DNA of 64,000 nucleotides from Bacteroidia bacterium (GTDB lineage Bacteria; Bacteroidota; Bacteroidia; NS11-12g; UBA9320), in contig CBDCFW010000006.1 of assembly GCA_965216465.1 (NCBI GenBank), positions 710,440 through 774,439 of the forward strand, in the 5' to 3' direction. The notes under the pieces are model-generated. The model was not told where the DNA came from and did no database searches. It was given only the letters and a program-made list of their open reading frames with translations. This document shows, piece by piece, positions 12,301-21,461 of this stretch. The stretch's first letter is position 1. Every line of letters starts with the position of its first letter. The position numbers and the translations under genes were made by a program.

Positions 12301-12650
12301 TGAGCATCTTTTTTAGAAGCAAAGTATCCATACTCTTCACCCCAAGATTTCCAACAATTTGCTAGTCTGTGAGCAACTTGCTTTACAGATGACTCAGAGC
12401 CTGTAGATCCATCCTCTTGTGGAACCCCAGCTTTTCTAAAATATTTTTGAGCGAGGATGTCTGTTGCTACCTGAGACCAATCTTTAGGCACTTCAACATT
12501 CTCCATCTTAAACACCTCATCTCCAGCAGGATTCTTGATTACAGATGTTCTGTATTCATATTCATACTGGTCGGTAGGTGCTACTCCCTCTTTCGTGTTA
12601 AAGCGCTTAAATTTTAACGCTTCTTTGTTGTACTTTGGCTTCTTGCTCAT
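9354..12650 (-). CDS. nrdJ: Class II (adenosylcobalamin-dependent) ribonucleotide reductase NrdJ, long form with C-terminal Cys-rich zinc-ribbon tail
   Basis: About 1100 aa with RNR catalytic core motifs (NPCSEY, GIEPDF region). The C-terminus is [28 protein letters not shown]. The ORF-track start at 12746 adds 32 unconserved residues; the likely start is [14 protein letters not shown] at 12650. Confidence 0.8.
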   Translation of the reverse strand: MSKKPKYNKEALKFKRFNTKEGVAPTDQYEYEYRTSVIKNPAGDEVFKMENVEVPKDWSQVATDILAQKYFRKAGVPQEDGSTGSESSVKQVAHRLANCWKSWGEEYGYFASKKDAQVFYDELVYSILGQMAAPNSPQWFNTGLHSSYGITGKPQGHYYSDHDTGAVKKSTSAYERPQPHACFILSVDDDLVNEGGIMDLWVREARIFKYGSGVGTNFSSIRGANEKLSGGGFSSGLMSFLKIGDRAAGAIKSGGTTRRAAKMVCLDLDHPEIMSFINWKKDEEKKVKALIDAGYASDYEGEAYQTVSGQNSNNSVRIPNKFFEALKNEGEWELISRTSGKAIDSVPASKVWDDISFAAWACADPGVQFDTTINEWHTCPEGGQINASNPCSEYMFLDNTACNLASLNLRKYFDEEECKFDVEAIEYASRLWTVVLEISVLMAQFPSKEVARLSYEYRTLGLGYANLGSVLMVSGIPYDSDEATAIGGAVTAILTGTAYATSAEMASFLGPFKQYKKNKKHMLRVMKNHRYAAYNVDEYDGLSVKPVGIDPQHCPDYLLGSATGAWDKAVQWGEEHGYRNAQTTVIAPTGTIGLVMDCDTTGIEPDFALVKFKKLSGGGYFKIVNQSVPLALKNLNYPEDQIDAIVNYAKGYATLNGAPSINHDTLRSKGFNEQDIEKIEGALASAFEISFAFNQWTLGEDAMQRLGFTAEKYNSSNFNLLRELGFSKKEIAEANDYVCGTMTIEGAPYLKDEHYAVFDCANKCGEKGERYIHAHGHIKMMAAAQPFLSGAISKTINLPNEATVDDIKSCYQLSWELGTKANALYRDGCKLSQPLSNKSDVAEEEEETTIDAVDNAIGNAANLSIDELTQDQVLEAAQKILDNSKGTEFMRQLSSIVERKRLPWKRRGFTQKAKVGGQTLFVRTGEYNDGTLGEIFIDMHREGATFRSLMNCFSIAVSIGLQYGVPLEEYVSKFTFTRFEPSGMVEGHPNIKNSTSIIDYIFRLLGFEYLNRTDLVHIKPTEKAEPKVIETVSDDLPTVAETTKKPEVQKAAMVQKVATPPTGTSSDALPCTNCGSLALIRNGTCHLCTNCGTTTGCS

Positions 12651-12974
12651 TAAATTAAGTTTTTGGTTTATCGTATAATTAATTCGGTTTGTTTCATCTA
12701 ACAAATATCGCTCATTCGAAAAAAAATATAGCGAGTTTTTCGTCAAAAATATGTTCTTAAACTATCATATAAAGGTTAGCTTTTTCCACACATAAACACA
12801 TAAATTTTTCAATTGACTTATTTTTAAGAGATTTGCAATGTTGATAACAAAAAAATAGAGGTAAAATTGAGCAATTTCCGTGCTCAATTTAACTTTCCTG
12901 ATAACTTTGCTTACAAATAACAGGCTATTAGCATTTTAGATAAAATAACGAAAAAGACGCTAGCTTCTACTAAG

Positions 12975-13688
12975 ATGATTTCGGTTCTTATAGATCCAGA
13001 CAAAGCGTCTGATAATCAGCTAAATGCTCTCGTAAACCATCCAGAATTTGAAAAAATTGACTTTCTGTTTGTAGGTGGAAGTTTGGTTACCGACGGAAGC
13101 ATGAAATCGTGCATCCGAGCACTTAAAAATAAGACGAATAAACCCCTTGTTATTTTCCCTGGAAGTCCCAATCAAATTGATGAGCACGCAGACGCTATTT
13201 TGCTGCTTTCTTTAATCAGTGGAAGGAATCCAGACCTCTTAATTGGCCGCCATGTTGAGTCTGCTTATAAGTTAAAGGCTTCAGAGTTGGAAATCATCTC
13301 AACTGGCTATATTTTGATTGATGGTGGAAGAACCACAACTGTTTCATACATCAGTGGTACAACTCCTATTCCTCAAGACAAACCAGGAATAGCAGCAGCA
13401 ACTGCATTAGCAGGATATCAACTAGGCAATAAACTAATTTATTTAGATTGTGGGTCAGGAGCAAATCAGCACGCATCGCCACAAATTATCAAAGCCGTAA
13501 AGGATGAAATTAATGTACCTCTAATTGTTGGTGGTGGAATTAAGTCTAAAGAAGAAGCTTTAGCTGTTTTTAAAGCAGGAGCAGATATTGTGGTAGTTGG
13601 GAATAAGTTAGAACAAGATCCTACCTTCCTTTCTGAGTTGGTTGAGGCTAAAGAGCAGTTTACACTGCCTCCAGTTCAAACACAGTAA
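12975..13688 (+). CDS. pcrB: Geranylgeranylglyceryl/heptaprenylglyceryl phosphate synthase family protein (PcrB-like)
   Basis: 237 aa TIM-barrel protein; FVGGS...GGGI glycine-rich phosphate-binding motifs (IVGGGIKSKEEA) typical of the GGGPS/PcrB family. Confidence 0.65.
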   Translation: MISVLIDPDKASDNQLNALVNHPEFEKIDFLFVGGSLVTDGSMKSCIRALKNKTNKPLVIFPGSPNQIDEHADAILLLSLISGRNPDLLIGRHVESAYKLKASELEIISTGYILIDGGRTTTVSYISGTTPIPQDKPGIAAATALAGYQLGNKLIYLDCGSGANQHASPQIIKAVKDEINVPLIVGGGIKSKEEALAVFKAGADIVVVGNKLEQDPTFLSELVEAKEQFTLPPVQTQ

Positions 13689-14925
13689 TCTCTGGGAAAA
13701 ACCCGAGTCTTCCTGGGTATCCTAAATAACCAAACCCTCTGTTTACATAAAGATATCTCCCATCTTCTTCGTAAAGATCAGCCCATTCCTTGTATTGGTA
13801 TTTAACAGGACTCCATCGATAGTATTTTGTGTCAATGCCAAACTGCATGCCATGCGTATGACCAGAAAATACTGCGTCAATATCTGGATAATCGGTTAAC
13901 ACCTCAGCTTTCCAGTGACTGGGATCGTGCGAAAGTAGCAGCTTGTTCTCTACATCTTCAGTTCCTTTATGTGCTTCACTTAAACTGCCATATTTAGGAA
14001 AGCGGGCGTGTGCACTCCAGTTTTCTATCCCTAAAACAGCAAGTTTTTCCCCGTCTTTTTCAATAATGTGGTTTTCGTTCATGAGCAGTTTCCAACCCAT
14101 ATCGGCATGGTGCTGTTTTAGGTTAGCAAGATTTTGCTCTTTAGTTAGCCCATCTTTGTTTGGCCACGAAACATAATCACCATAATCGTGGTTACCCAAC
14201 ACTGAATACACACCATGTTCTGCAGACAATGCATCAAACACGGGTTTGTATTCATTAAACTCATCAGCAGTATTGTTAACCAAATCTCCCGTAAAGAAAA
14301 TCGCATCGGGTTTTTGATCCATAATCATTTGAATGCCTTTCTTCACAGATTCCTTACTCCAAAAGCTACCAGAATGCACATCTGAAATTTGAACGATTTT
14401 AAATCCATTAAATGCCGAAGGTAAATTCTTCAATTTAAGCTTTCGGTTAAACACTTTATAGTTGTGTGCTCCTTTCAAAATTCCATATGTGAGCCCTGAG
14501 AACAAACTTCCAGCCACTAGCGCTCCTGCAGACATAATAAACTGTGAACGTGAAATATCGCTTAGATTTGGTTTACGTTGAATGGCATTTGATGACAATC
14601 TGAAGAGTCTCACAACATCGTCAATCAACATAAAAATTAGCCAAGCAAATTTTGCAATGTAAATGCCAAACAACATTGAGCCAATCCACATAACCGCTTT
14701 ACTCTTTCTAGGGTCAACTGCTTGATTCGATGCAACTAGAAGTGCAATTACCAATCCAATAGGGATAGCCCAATAAAGTACGCTCAAACTTGTTGTAAAC
14801 GTGGGTGCCCATCTTTTTGCGAGCACTCTGAATCCTTGAAAAACATAGATATCGATGCCCAAAAGGATTAAAATAAATATATAGAAGCCAATAGATCGAG
14901 GCATAAACAAAGATAAAACAGCCAC
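13660..14925 (-). CDS. Membrane-anchored metallophosphoesterase (calcineurin-like)
   Basis: N-terminal multi-TM segment, then GDLVNN...GNHDY...GHTHG metallophosphatase motifs. Confidence 0.7.
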   Translation of the reverse strand: MAVLSLFMPRSIGFYIFILILLGIDIYVFQGFRVLAKRWAPTFTTSLSVLYWAIPIGLVIALLVASNQAVDPRKSKAVMWIGSMLFGIYIAKFAWLIFMLIDDVVRLFRLSSNAIQRKPNLSDISRSQFIMSAGALVAGSLFSGLTYGILKGAHNYKVFNRKLKLKNLPSAFNGFKIVQISDVHSGSFWSKESVKKGIQMIMDQKPDAIFFTGDLVNNTADEFNEYKPVFDALSAEHGVYSVLGNHDYGDYVSWPNKDGLTKEQNLANLKQHHADMGWKLLMNENHIIEKDGEKLAVLGIENWSAHARFPKYGSLSEAHKGTEDVENKLLLSHDPSHWKAEVLTDYPDIDAVFSGHTHGMQFGIDTKYYRWSPVKYQYKEWADLYEEDGRYLYVNRGFGYLGYPGRLGFFPEITVFELEAV

Positions 14926-15020
14926 AAGTATTAAAAGTTTTTTAACTCGTTATGTATACTTTTGACATAATAACTCATATAATCGCTAAACAATTAGCAC
15001 GTACCCCTGTTTATACATAG

Positions 15021-15485
15021 TTGTTAATGAGCATTGAAAAAGACATAAAACAAAAGTCGTTCAAGACTGAAATTGAGAAGGCCGTTGTAAATATTAATTT
15101 CACCCAAAGCTATTTCGCTGGGTTGTTTAACGCATCGCTTAAAGATCACAACATCTCTATTCAACAATTTAATGTGCTTCGCATTCTAAAAGGGTCTCAT
15201 CCAAATGCTGTATCGGTAAACGATATAACAGACAGAATGGTTGACAAGATGTCAAATGCATCACGGCTTGTTGAAAAGCTTCGAATCAAAGGACTCGTTT
15301 GCAGAAACACTTGTAAGTTTGATAAACGACAAGTCGACGTCTCAATAACAGAACAAGGTGAAGAAGTTTTAGAAGTCTTAAACCAAAAAACACGAGGTGT
15401 ATTGGCTCAACTAAATCACGTTAGCGACGAAGATCTCGCTCAACTTAACGATATTCTTGATCGTTTACGAACCAATCATTCCTGA
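15021..15485 (+). CDS. MarR-family winged-helix transcriptional regulator
   Basis: 154 aa; wHTH region NVLRILKGSHPNAVSVNDITDRMVDKMSNASRLVEKLRIKGLVCR. Confidence 0.6.
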   Translation: MLMSIEKDIKQKSFKTEIEKAVVNINFTQSYFAGLFNASLKDHNISIQQFNVLRILKGSHPNAVSVNDITDRMVDKMSNASRLVEKLRIKGLVCRNTCKFDKRQVDVSITEQGEEVLEVLNQKTRGVLAQLNHVSDEDLAQLNDILDRLRTNHS

Positions 15486-16333
15486 ACTACAATAGTTGCA
15501 TCGGTATAATGTGCAACTGAGAAATAACCCAATCCATTGTTTGAAATATTCGTGATTGGATTGGTTGGTGGTGGATCAAAAGGTGAACCCGACCTGCTTA
15601 ATTGTGCATTGAGATCAATAATGTATTGAAAATACTCCGGACTCAAATTAAACTGCTCTATTACGACTGAATCGCCTGCTTCAAGGATAAACGGAAATGG
15701 CCTAGGTAAAATACCATCTGCTAAACCCTTGAGTGGATCATCTGGATCAATGTTTGGATTTAGGAACGTTACATCTCCAAACTCGTCATTCTCTAAAATT
15801 TCTCCAAATTGATCTTGGATCGTGTCGTTCTTATAGAATCTCCATTGGTAGCTGTCTCCAGCATAGTCATTCTCTTTGCCTTGAATAAAGACATAATAGC
15901 CCTCTTGAATAAAGCCATTTCCTTCCGGAAGATAGTACGACTCTATTAAGTCTATTGGAAAGCCATTTGGCATTACTTCTGCAGCCGTATACTCTTCTCC
16001 TTTATAATTGATTTGAAGTGTATATGTTTTCCCTGGAACACATTGATGAGCTTGTTCGCTTACATAAATCCCCTTTGTTTGGTGATTTAACTGCACTTCA
16101 AATCCATCAGAATCCATAATTCGAACATTAGCATCTGCTACAGTTGTAACGGTGTCTTGGTCGAAGTATGGCTGAGATAGACTTAGCGTTACAATCCACG
16201 GTTGGTCTAAGTTCGTAATTTGGCCTCGTACAACCAGTTGAGGATCACCAGACGGAATCTCCAATTCAACAATCTTTTCGCAACCAGATAGAGCCAGTGC
16301 GGTTAGAAATAGATATAGTATAGTCTTCTTCAT
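15476..16333 (-). CDS. DUF4249-family lipoprotein (partner of the TonB-dependent receptor)
   Basis: Lipobox LALSGC. It lies immediately downstream of the CarbopepD_reg-type TonB receptor, the usual Bacteroidetes pairing. Start chosen at MKKT (16333); the alternative start at 16345 cannot be excluded. Confidence 0.5.
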   Translation of the reverse strand: MKKTILYLFLTALALSGCEKIVELEIPSGDPQLVVRGQITNLDQPWIVTLSLSQPYFDQDTVTTVADANVRIMDSDGFEVQLNHQTKGIYVSEQAHQCVPGKTYTLQINYKGEEYTAAEVMPNGFPIDLIESYYLPEGNGFIQEGYYVFIQGKENDYAGDSYQWRFYKNDTIQDQFGEILENDEFGDVTFLNPNIDPDDPLKGLADGILPRPFPFILEAGDSVVIEQFNLSPEYFQYIIDLNAQLSRSGSPFDPPPTNPITNISNNGLGYFSVAHYTDATIVVQE

Positions 16334-16334
16334 T

Positions 16335-18704
16335 TTAAAATTCAAAGTTCCAGGTTATTGCAGGGATTATTTTAAACAACGTTGTTTGAAAAGCAGCCGT
16401 CTCGCCAACATTTGCGTCAGGAAATTTCTCCAAATCAGTTTCAGCTACCTCTCTGAAGTAGATGGCGTATGGATTTTCTCTATTGTACAGATTATATACT
16501 GAGAAATTCCAATTGCTTTTAAATTTCTTATCGGGCTTTTCTTTCGATTTAATCGTTAAACCAAAATCCGCTCTATGGTATGCAGGAATTCTATAGTTGT
16601 TTCGCGTACCGCTATATAATGGAACCCAATCACCTTCGAAAGAATATTTTCCTGTTGGAGTAGTCAATGGCTGACCTGATGAGTACACAAAAGATGCAGT
16701 TGCCAATATTCTCTTGGTAAACTTTTGCGTGAATACTAATGATAAGTTGTGTCTCCTATCGAAGTTAGCCACATAAGGGTCCCCAAAGCTTATGCCATCA
16801 ATTTGGCGCATTGTTTTTGCCCAGGTGTAAGATAAAAAGCCTGAAGATTTTCCTTCAGATCTTCCTAAATAAAATTCTGCTCCGTAAGCCCATCCTTTAC
16901 CAAAGAGTAATTCTCCATCCAAATTCTCATTAAATGCAATCGCAGCATTGTCTCGATAATCAATCTGGTTTTGCATCCATTTGTAATACACTTCGACTGA
17001 CGACTCAAAGCCATGTTCGAAGTTCTTGAACAATCCAACGGCTGTTTGATCAGCAATCTGTGGTTTAATATTTTGGTTCACACTAAACCATTGGTCAGTT
17101 GGGAACGATGATGCAGTATTGGTAGCTTGTTGAATATATTGAAAAGTTCTGTTGTAAGATGCTTTAATGGCCATGGTAGTCGACAAATTGTAGCTGACTG
17201 AAGCTCTTGGTTCTAATCCAGCATAAGTATTATAGAATTCATTTTGACCATAAACTGAAGTATCTGTCAAGTCAACTATTGGTTTGTTGTTTTCATCTTT
17301 TGTATAAGCAAACTCAGTACCACCAATATTAGAAAAAGTGGAAACACGAAGCCCGTATCGAACATTCAATCGTTCATTAAACTTATACTCATGGTCAATG
17401 TACCAGCCGCTTTCAAAAGCTCGTCTTTCTTCAAGTTGAAGTTCTTGGAAAAATGCTTCAGATTCTTCGTTCAAAGGCTTAAATAAACCCGGATTGAATT
17501 TGTGATGAATCAATTGGGTTCCAAAGTTTAGTTTGCTATTCTGGCTTATGAAGTTTGTCCAATCTGACTTCAAATACACATCTTTAATTGATTGGTCGAG
17601 ACCAAATTCAGCGTTCTTGGCAAATTTCACCTCAAACCCATAGTTGAAATCGCTGTATACCAATGAGGTATTCACGAACATTTTGTCGTTTACTAAATGG
17701 TTCCATCTAATTGTAGAAGTTGCATTCCCCCAGTTCAGTCCAAACAATTCACTCAAGCCAAGTACATCTCTTCCGAAATATCCACTTACATAGAGTCGGT
17801 CTTTATCGCTTAATTGGTAGTTTGCTTTTAAGTTTAAATCGTAGAAATACAGGCGGCTTTCTTGTACAGTTTCATCAGGTGCTAATGGCAAGAATAAATC
17901 AGCGTAACTTCTTCTTCCGGCAACCATAAAACTTGATACATCTTTCTTAATTGGGCCTTCTAAGGTTAATCTACTTGAAATTGTTCCTATTCCACCAATA
18001 CCTGCAAAACGTTTGCTGTTACCATCTCGCATTTTTATATCGACAATTGACGAAAGCCTGCCGCCATATTTGGCAGGAATTCCTCCTTTGTAAACTTCCA
18101 AATCTTTTACAGCATCTCCGTTGAACACGCTAAAAAAACCTAAGAGGTGTGAAGCGTTGTATACTGTAGCTTCATCAAGCAAGATGAGGTTTTGATCTTG
18201 CGACCCTCCCCGAACATTGAAGCCTGAATTTCCTTCACCTGCTGATTGTATTCCGGGTAGAAGCGTGATTGTTTTCAGAATATCTACTTCCCCAAAAATT
18301 ACCGGAATCTCTTTGATCTTAGCTGTCTCCATTTTGACAACACTAATCTTTTTGTTCTCTACCCTTTTTTCTAAGCCTTTTGCTGATACAATCGCAGCAT
18401 CAATTACACTTGCCGTCTCTTTAAGCTCAATGTTGATTGTTTTATTCTCGTTGAGATCAATGGTCTTAGTTACATTTCCATAACCGAGGTAACTGTATGT
18501 TATTTCATAAGTCCCTTTTTCTAAAGTAATGGAGTAAAATCCATATTCGTTGGTTAAAGCTCCTCCGCCTCCCTTCACGGCCGCAACAGCCCCAATCAGG
18601 GTTTCACCATTTGAAGCATCTTTAACCCTTCCAGAAATTGAATATTTTTGAGCATAGACTCCAAAGGTCAATACCAAACCAATAACAGCTGTAATTAGTC
18701 TCAT
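16335..18704 (-). CDS. TonB-dependent receptor with N-terminal carboxypeptidase-regulatory-like domain
   Basis: Signal peptide ending VYA|Q. CarbopepD_reg-like N-domain (SISGRVKDASNGETLIGAVAAV). Plug and barrel regions; C-terminal aromatic residue (TWNFEF). Confidence 0.75.
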   Translation of the reverse strand: MRLITAVIGLVLTFGVYAQKYSISGRVKDASNGETLIGAVAAVKGGGGALTNEYGFYSITLEKGTYEITYSYLGYGNVTKTIDLNENKTINIELKETASVIDAAIVSAKGLEKRVENKKISVVKMETAKIKEIPVIFGEVDILKTITLLPGIQSAGEGNSGFNVRGGSQDQNLILLDEATVYNASHLLGFFSVFNGDAVKDLEVYKGGIPAKYGGRLSSIVDIKMRDGNSKRFAGIGGIGTISSRLTLEGPIKKDVSSFMVAGRRSYADLFLPLAPDETVQESRLYFYDLNLKANYQLSDKDRLYVSGYFGRDVLGLSELFGLNWGNATSTIRWNHLVNDKMFVNTSLVYSDFNYGFEVKFAKNAEFGLDQSIKDVYLKSDWTNFISQNSKLNFGTQLIHHKFNPGLFKPLNEESEAFFQELQLEERRAFESGWYIDHEYKFNERLNVRYGLRVSTFSNIGGTEFAYTKDENNKPIVDLTDTSVYGQNEFYNTYAGLEPRASVSYNLSTTMAIKASYNRTFQYIQQATNTASSFPTDQWFSVNQNIKPQIADQTAVGLFKNFEHGFESSVEVYYKWMQNQIDYRDNAAIAFNENLDGELLFGKGWAYGAEFYLGRSEGKSSGFLSYTWAKTMRQIDGISFGDPYVANFDRRHNLSLVFTQKFTKRILATASFVYSSGQPLTTPTGKYSFEGDWVPLYSGTRNNYRIPAYHRADFGLTIKSKEKPDKKFKSNWNFSVYNLYNRENPYAIYFREVAETDLEKFPDANVGETAAFQTTLFKIIPAITWNFEF

Positions 18705-18813
18705 CTTGTATGCAAACGTATGAGCGAAACAAAAAGTTTCAGCTATCTCTCGTTAATAATTGTGTAAAATAAGACGAACAGAAAAAGCTGACGGTTAGAA
18801 GATTATTTGATAT

Positions 18814-19788
18814 TTGCCGAACACTATGGTCTACATCTTATTTGTAATAGGATTTGTAATCTTAATAAAAGGAGCAGATTTCTTGGTTGTGGGGTCCGCT
18901 TCAATAGCCAAAAAGTACAACATTTCAGATATTGTTATTGGGCTAACCATTGTTTCAATGGGAACTTCAATGCCTGAGTTGATAGTAAACATCATTGCCA
19001 GTAGTGTAGACTCTTCAGATATTGCTATTGGCAATGTGGTAGGGTCTAATATTTCAAACATTTTACTCATTCTAGGAGTGGCCGCTTTAATCTATCCTTT
19101 AACCATAAAGAATAGCACTGTTTATTCCGAAATACCCTATTCAATAATCGCTTTGCTCTTAGTTGCCGTCTCTGCGAACGTTGCATTCTTTGGTGAAGCT
19201 AAGATGTTTGAAATAAGCAGAATAGATGGGGTTTTGTTAATGCTATTCTTTGCTCTTTTCATGGGGTACATTATTAAACTTGCAAAAGAGGGAAGGACCG
19301 ATTTGGTTGAAGAAGCCCCTTCTGAATTGTTATCCATGCAAAAGGCTATTGTATTTGTACTGCTTGGTATATTGGGTCTATTCTTTGGCGGGAAGTGGGT
19401 TGTTGATGGGGCAGTTCACATTGCTGCTCAATTCGGACTTTCTGAAAAGCTTATTGGTTTAACCGTCGTGGCCATTGGTACTTCACTACCCGAATTGGTA
19501 ACATCGGCAGTAGCTGCCACTAAGAAAAATACAGATATAGCAATAGCAAATGTTGTAGGTTCAAATATTTTCAACTTGCTTTGGGTACTCGGAATCAGTG
19601 CCATGATTAGACCGCTTAGCTATGATCCTTCTATCAATGCGGATATGCTAATTCTTTTGGGAGCAACCTGCTTAATTATCTTCAGCTTGATAACCGGAAA
19701 GTCAAAAAATCAAATTGGCAAACCGACAGGAATTTTCTTCTTGGCTTCGTACATTGCTTACATGGTATTTCTAATTTGGAGAGGATAA
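18814..19788 (+). CDS. Ca2+/Na+ antiporter (CaCA/YrbG family)
   Basis: Two alpha-repeat motifs GTSMPEL and GTSLPEL; polytopic membrane protein of 324 aa. Confidence 0.8.
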   Translation: MPNTMVYILFVIGFVILIKGADFLVVGSASIAKKYNISDIVIGLTIVSMGTSMPELIVNIIASSVDSSDIAIGNVVGSNISNILLILGVAALIYPLTIKNSTVYSEIPYSIIALLLVAVSANVAFFGEAKMFEISRIDGVLLMLFFALFMGYIIKLAKEGRTDLVEEAPSELLSMQKAIVFVLLGILGLFFGGKWVVDGAVHIAAQFGLSEKLIGLTVVAIGTSLPELVTSAVAATKKNTDIAIANVVGSNIFNLLWVLGISAMIRPLSYDPSINADMLILLGATCLIIFSLITGKSKNQIGKPTGIFFLASYIAYMVFLIWRG

Positions 19789-19886
19789 GCGTGCTAAGTA
19801 TTTGCATCACCTTTCCTGAACTCAAATAGTCCTCTGAGTAATTCCTTTTAAGTATTTTGTTTTCAGTTATTTAACTTAGCTGCATT

Positions 19887-21461
19887 ATGAAACAACTTTA
19901 CTCAATCTCCATTTTGCTAATGATTTCTTTCACCGCATTAGCACAAACACAATCTGCCGATTTAGACCATAACAATACGCGTGTTAAAATCCTAAATGGC
20001 GGTGATTTCTTTTGGGATCTGAACAGTGCACGATATGAAGTACCAAAAGTTGATGATGTGAATGCAAAAAGATCTCATACCATATTTTCAGGTGCGATTT
20101 GGATAGGAGCAGAAGACCCTAGTGGGAATGTACATTTAGCAGCCATGACCTACCGCCAACGGGGCCAAGATTTTTACCCAGGACCCGTGTCGAACGACCA
20201 AGAAGCGTCAAATGATAACTACGACTTAATTTGGAAAATAGACCGCCAAACGGTTGACGAGCATATTGACGATTTTAAATCAAATGGCTCGGTCTCTAAT
20301 CCTGATCCTGCAATTAAAGAATGGCCAGCACATGGTGACACCACAATCGGTGAGCCATATTATCTAGCTCCATTTGTTGATCACAACCTGAATGGCACTT
20401 ATGATCCTGAAAACGGAGACTATCCATGTTTTCCTGGAGAGGTGGCTTTGTATTGTGTTTATAATGCCAATGGTCTGCATACAGAAACAGGAGGTAACGC
20501 CATGAAAATTGATGTTCACCAAATGTTCTACCAAGAAACTCCTGGTGTTCATCAAGGGAAGTATAATGAGGTTAATCTGGCACAATTTAAAATTGTTAAT
20601 CGTTCTGAAACCACCTATAGCAATGTAAAAGTTGGCTTATATATCGATTTTGACATCGGCAACTACGCTGACGACTTTATTGGTTGTGACAGTGCAACCA
20701 ACATGATATTTGGCTACAACGGTGATGACAATGATGAAGGTGCAATAGGATATGGCTTCAACCCCCCTGCTCAAAACATGATGTTTTTGAACAAGCCGTT
20801 ATATGCCGGTACATATTACAATAACAATGCTAATCCCATAAACGGTAATCCGGTAAGTGCATCAGATTATTACAACTATTTATGTGGTAGGTGGAAAAAC
20901 GGTAATCCGTTCAATTATGGAGGAGATGGAATTACCAGTGGTACTTACCATACCCGTTATATGTTTAGCGGTGATGTTGATTCAGACAGTTCATGGAATG
21001 AAATCAACAGCCAAAACACTCCTGCAGATAGAAGGTTTCTAGGTACGGCATGGCCTTTTGATTTAGCACCTGGAGAATCTGAATGCGTGGATGTTGCATT
21101 TGTCTATGCACGAGAAGACTTTGGTGGACCTAAACAGGCTGTAAAATCTATGAAGCAGCTTGCTGAACAAGTTCAACAACGATACGATCAGAATACATAT
21201 GGTTGGAAGGATTGCAACTGTGGCCAATCAAGTGCCAATGTTACCGACATTGAAATTGCAAAGATTTCTATATATCCCAACCCTGCCGATGAGTCCATTA
21301 CTATAGAAGGAAACTTAGGCGATTTTGAATTGATTAACAGCCTAGGTAACGTTGTAAATCGTTATGAATCAACGATTAAGCATATTGACATGAGCAAATT
21401 GCCAAGCGGTGTTTATTACATCCGTTCTGCAATTGGAAGTAAGAAAATTATTAAACTATAA
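19887..21461 (+). CDS. Secreted hypothetical protein with T9SS C-terminal sorting domain
   Basis: Signal peptide ...FTALA|QTQS. C-terminal ISIYPNPADESITIEG...LPSGVYYIRSAIGSKKIIKL matches a type-A T9SS CTD. No recognisable catalytic motif. Confidence 0.6.
   Translation: MKQLYSISILLMISFTALAQTQSADLDHNNTRVKILNGGDFFWDLNSARYEVPKVDDVNAKRSHTIFSGAIWIGAEDPSGNVHLAAMTYRQRGQDFYPGPVSNDQEASNDNYDLIWKIDRQTVDEHIDDFKSNGSVSNPDPAIKEWPAHGDTTIGEPYYLAPFVDHNLNGTYDPENGDYPCFPGEVALYCVYNANGLHTETGGNAMKIDVHQMFYQETPGVHQGKYNEVNLAQFKIVNRSETTYSNVKVGLYIDFDIGNYADDFIGCDSATNMIFGYNGDDNDEGAIGYGFNPPAQNMMFLNKPLYAGTYYNNNANPINGNPVSASDYYNYLCGRWKNGNPFNYGGDGITSGTYHTRYMFSGDVDSDSSWNEINSQNTPADRRFLGTAWPFDLAPGESECVDVAFVYAREDFGGPKQAVKSMKQLAEQVQQRYDQNTYGWKDCNCGQSSANVTDIEIAKISIYPNPADESITIEGNLGDFELINSLGNVVNRYESTIKHIDMSKLPSGVYYIRSAIGSKKIIKL

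Noticed and set aside
9354-12650. Intein inside the unusually long NrdJ
   Set aside because: There is no intein block-A Cys/Ser at an insertion point, nor a terminal HN + C/S/T junction. The extra length maps to known long-form NrdJ insertions and the C-terminal Cys tail.
12651-12974. Possible cobalamin riboswitch or NrdR box in the nrdJ leader
   Set aside because: No B12-box (GCCACTG) core or NrdR-type tandem boxes were found by eye. This cannot be excluded without covariance-model scanning, so it is reported only as an open question.
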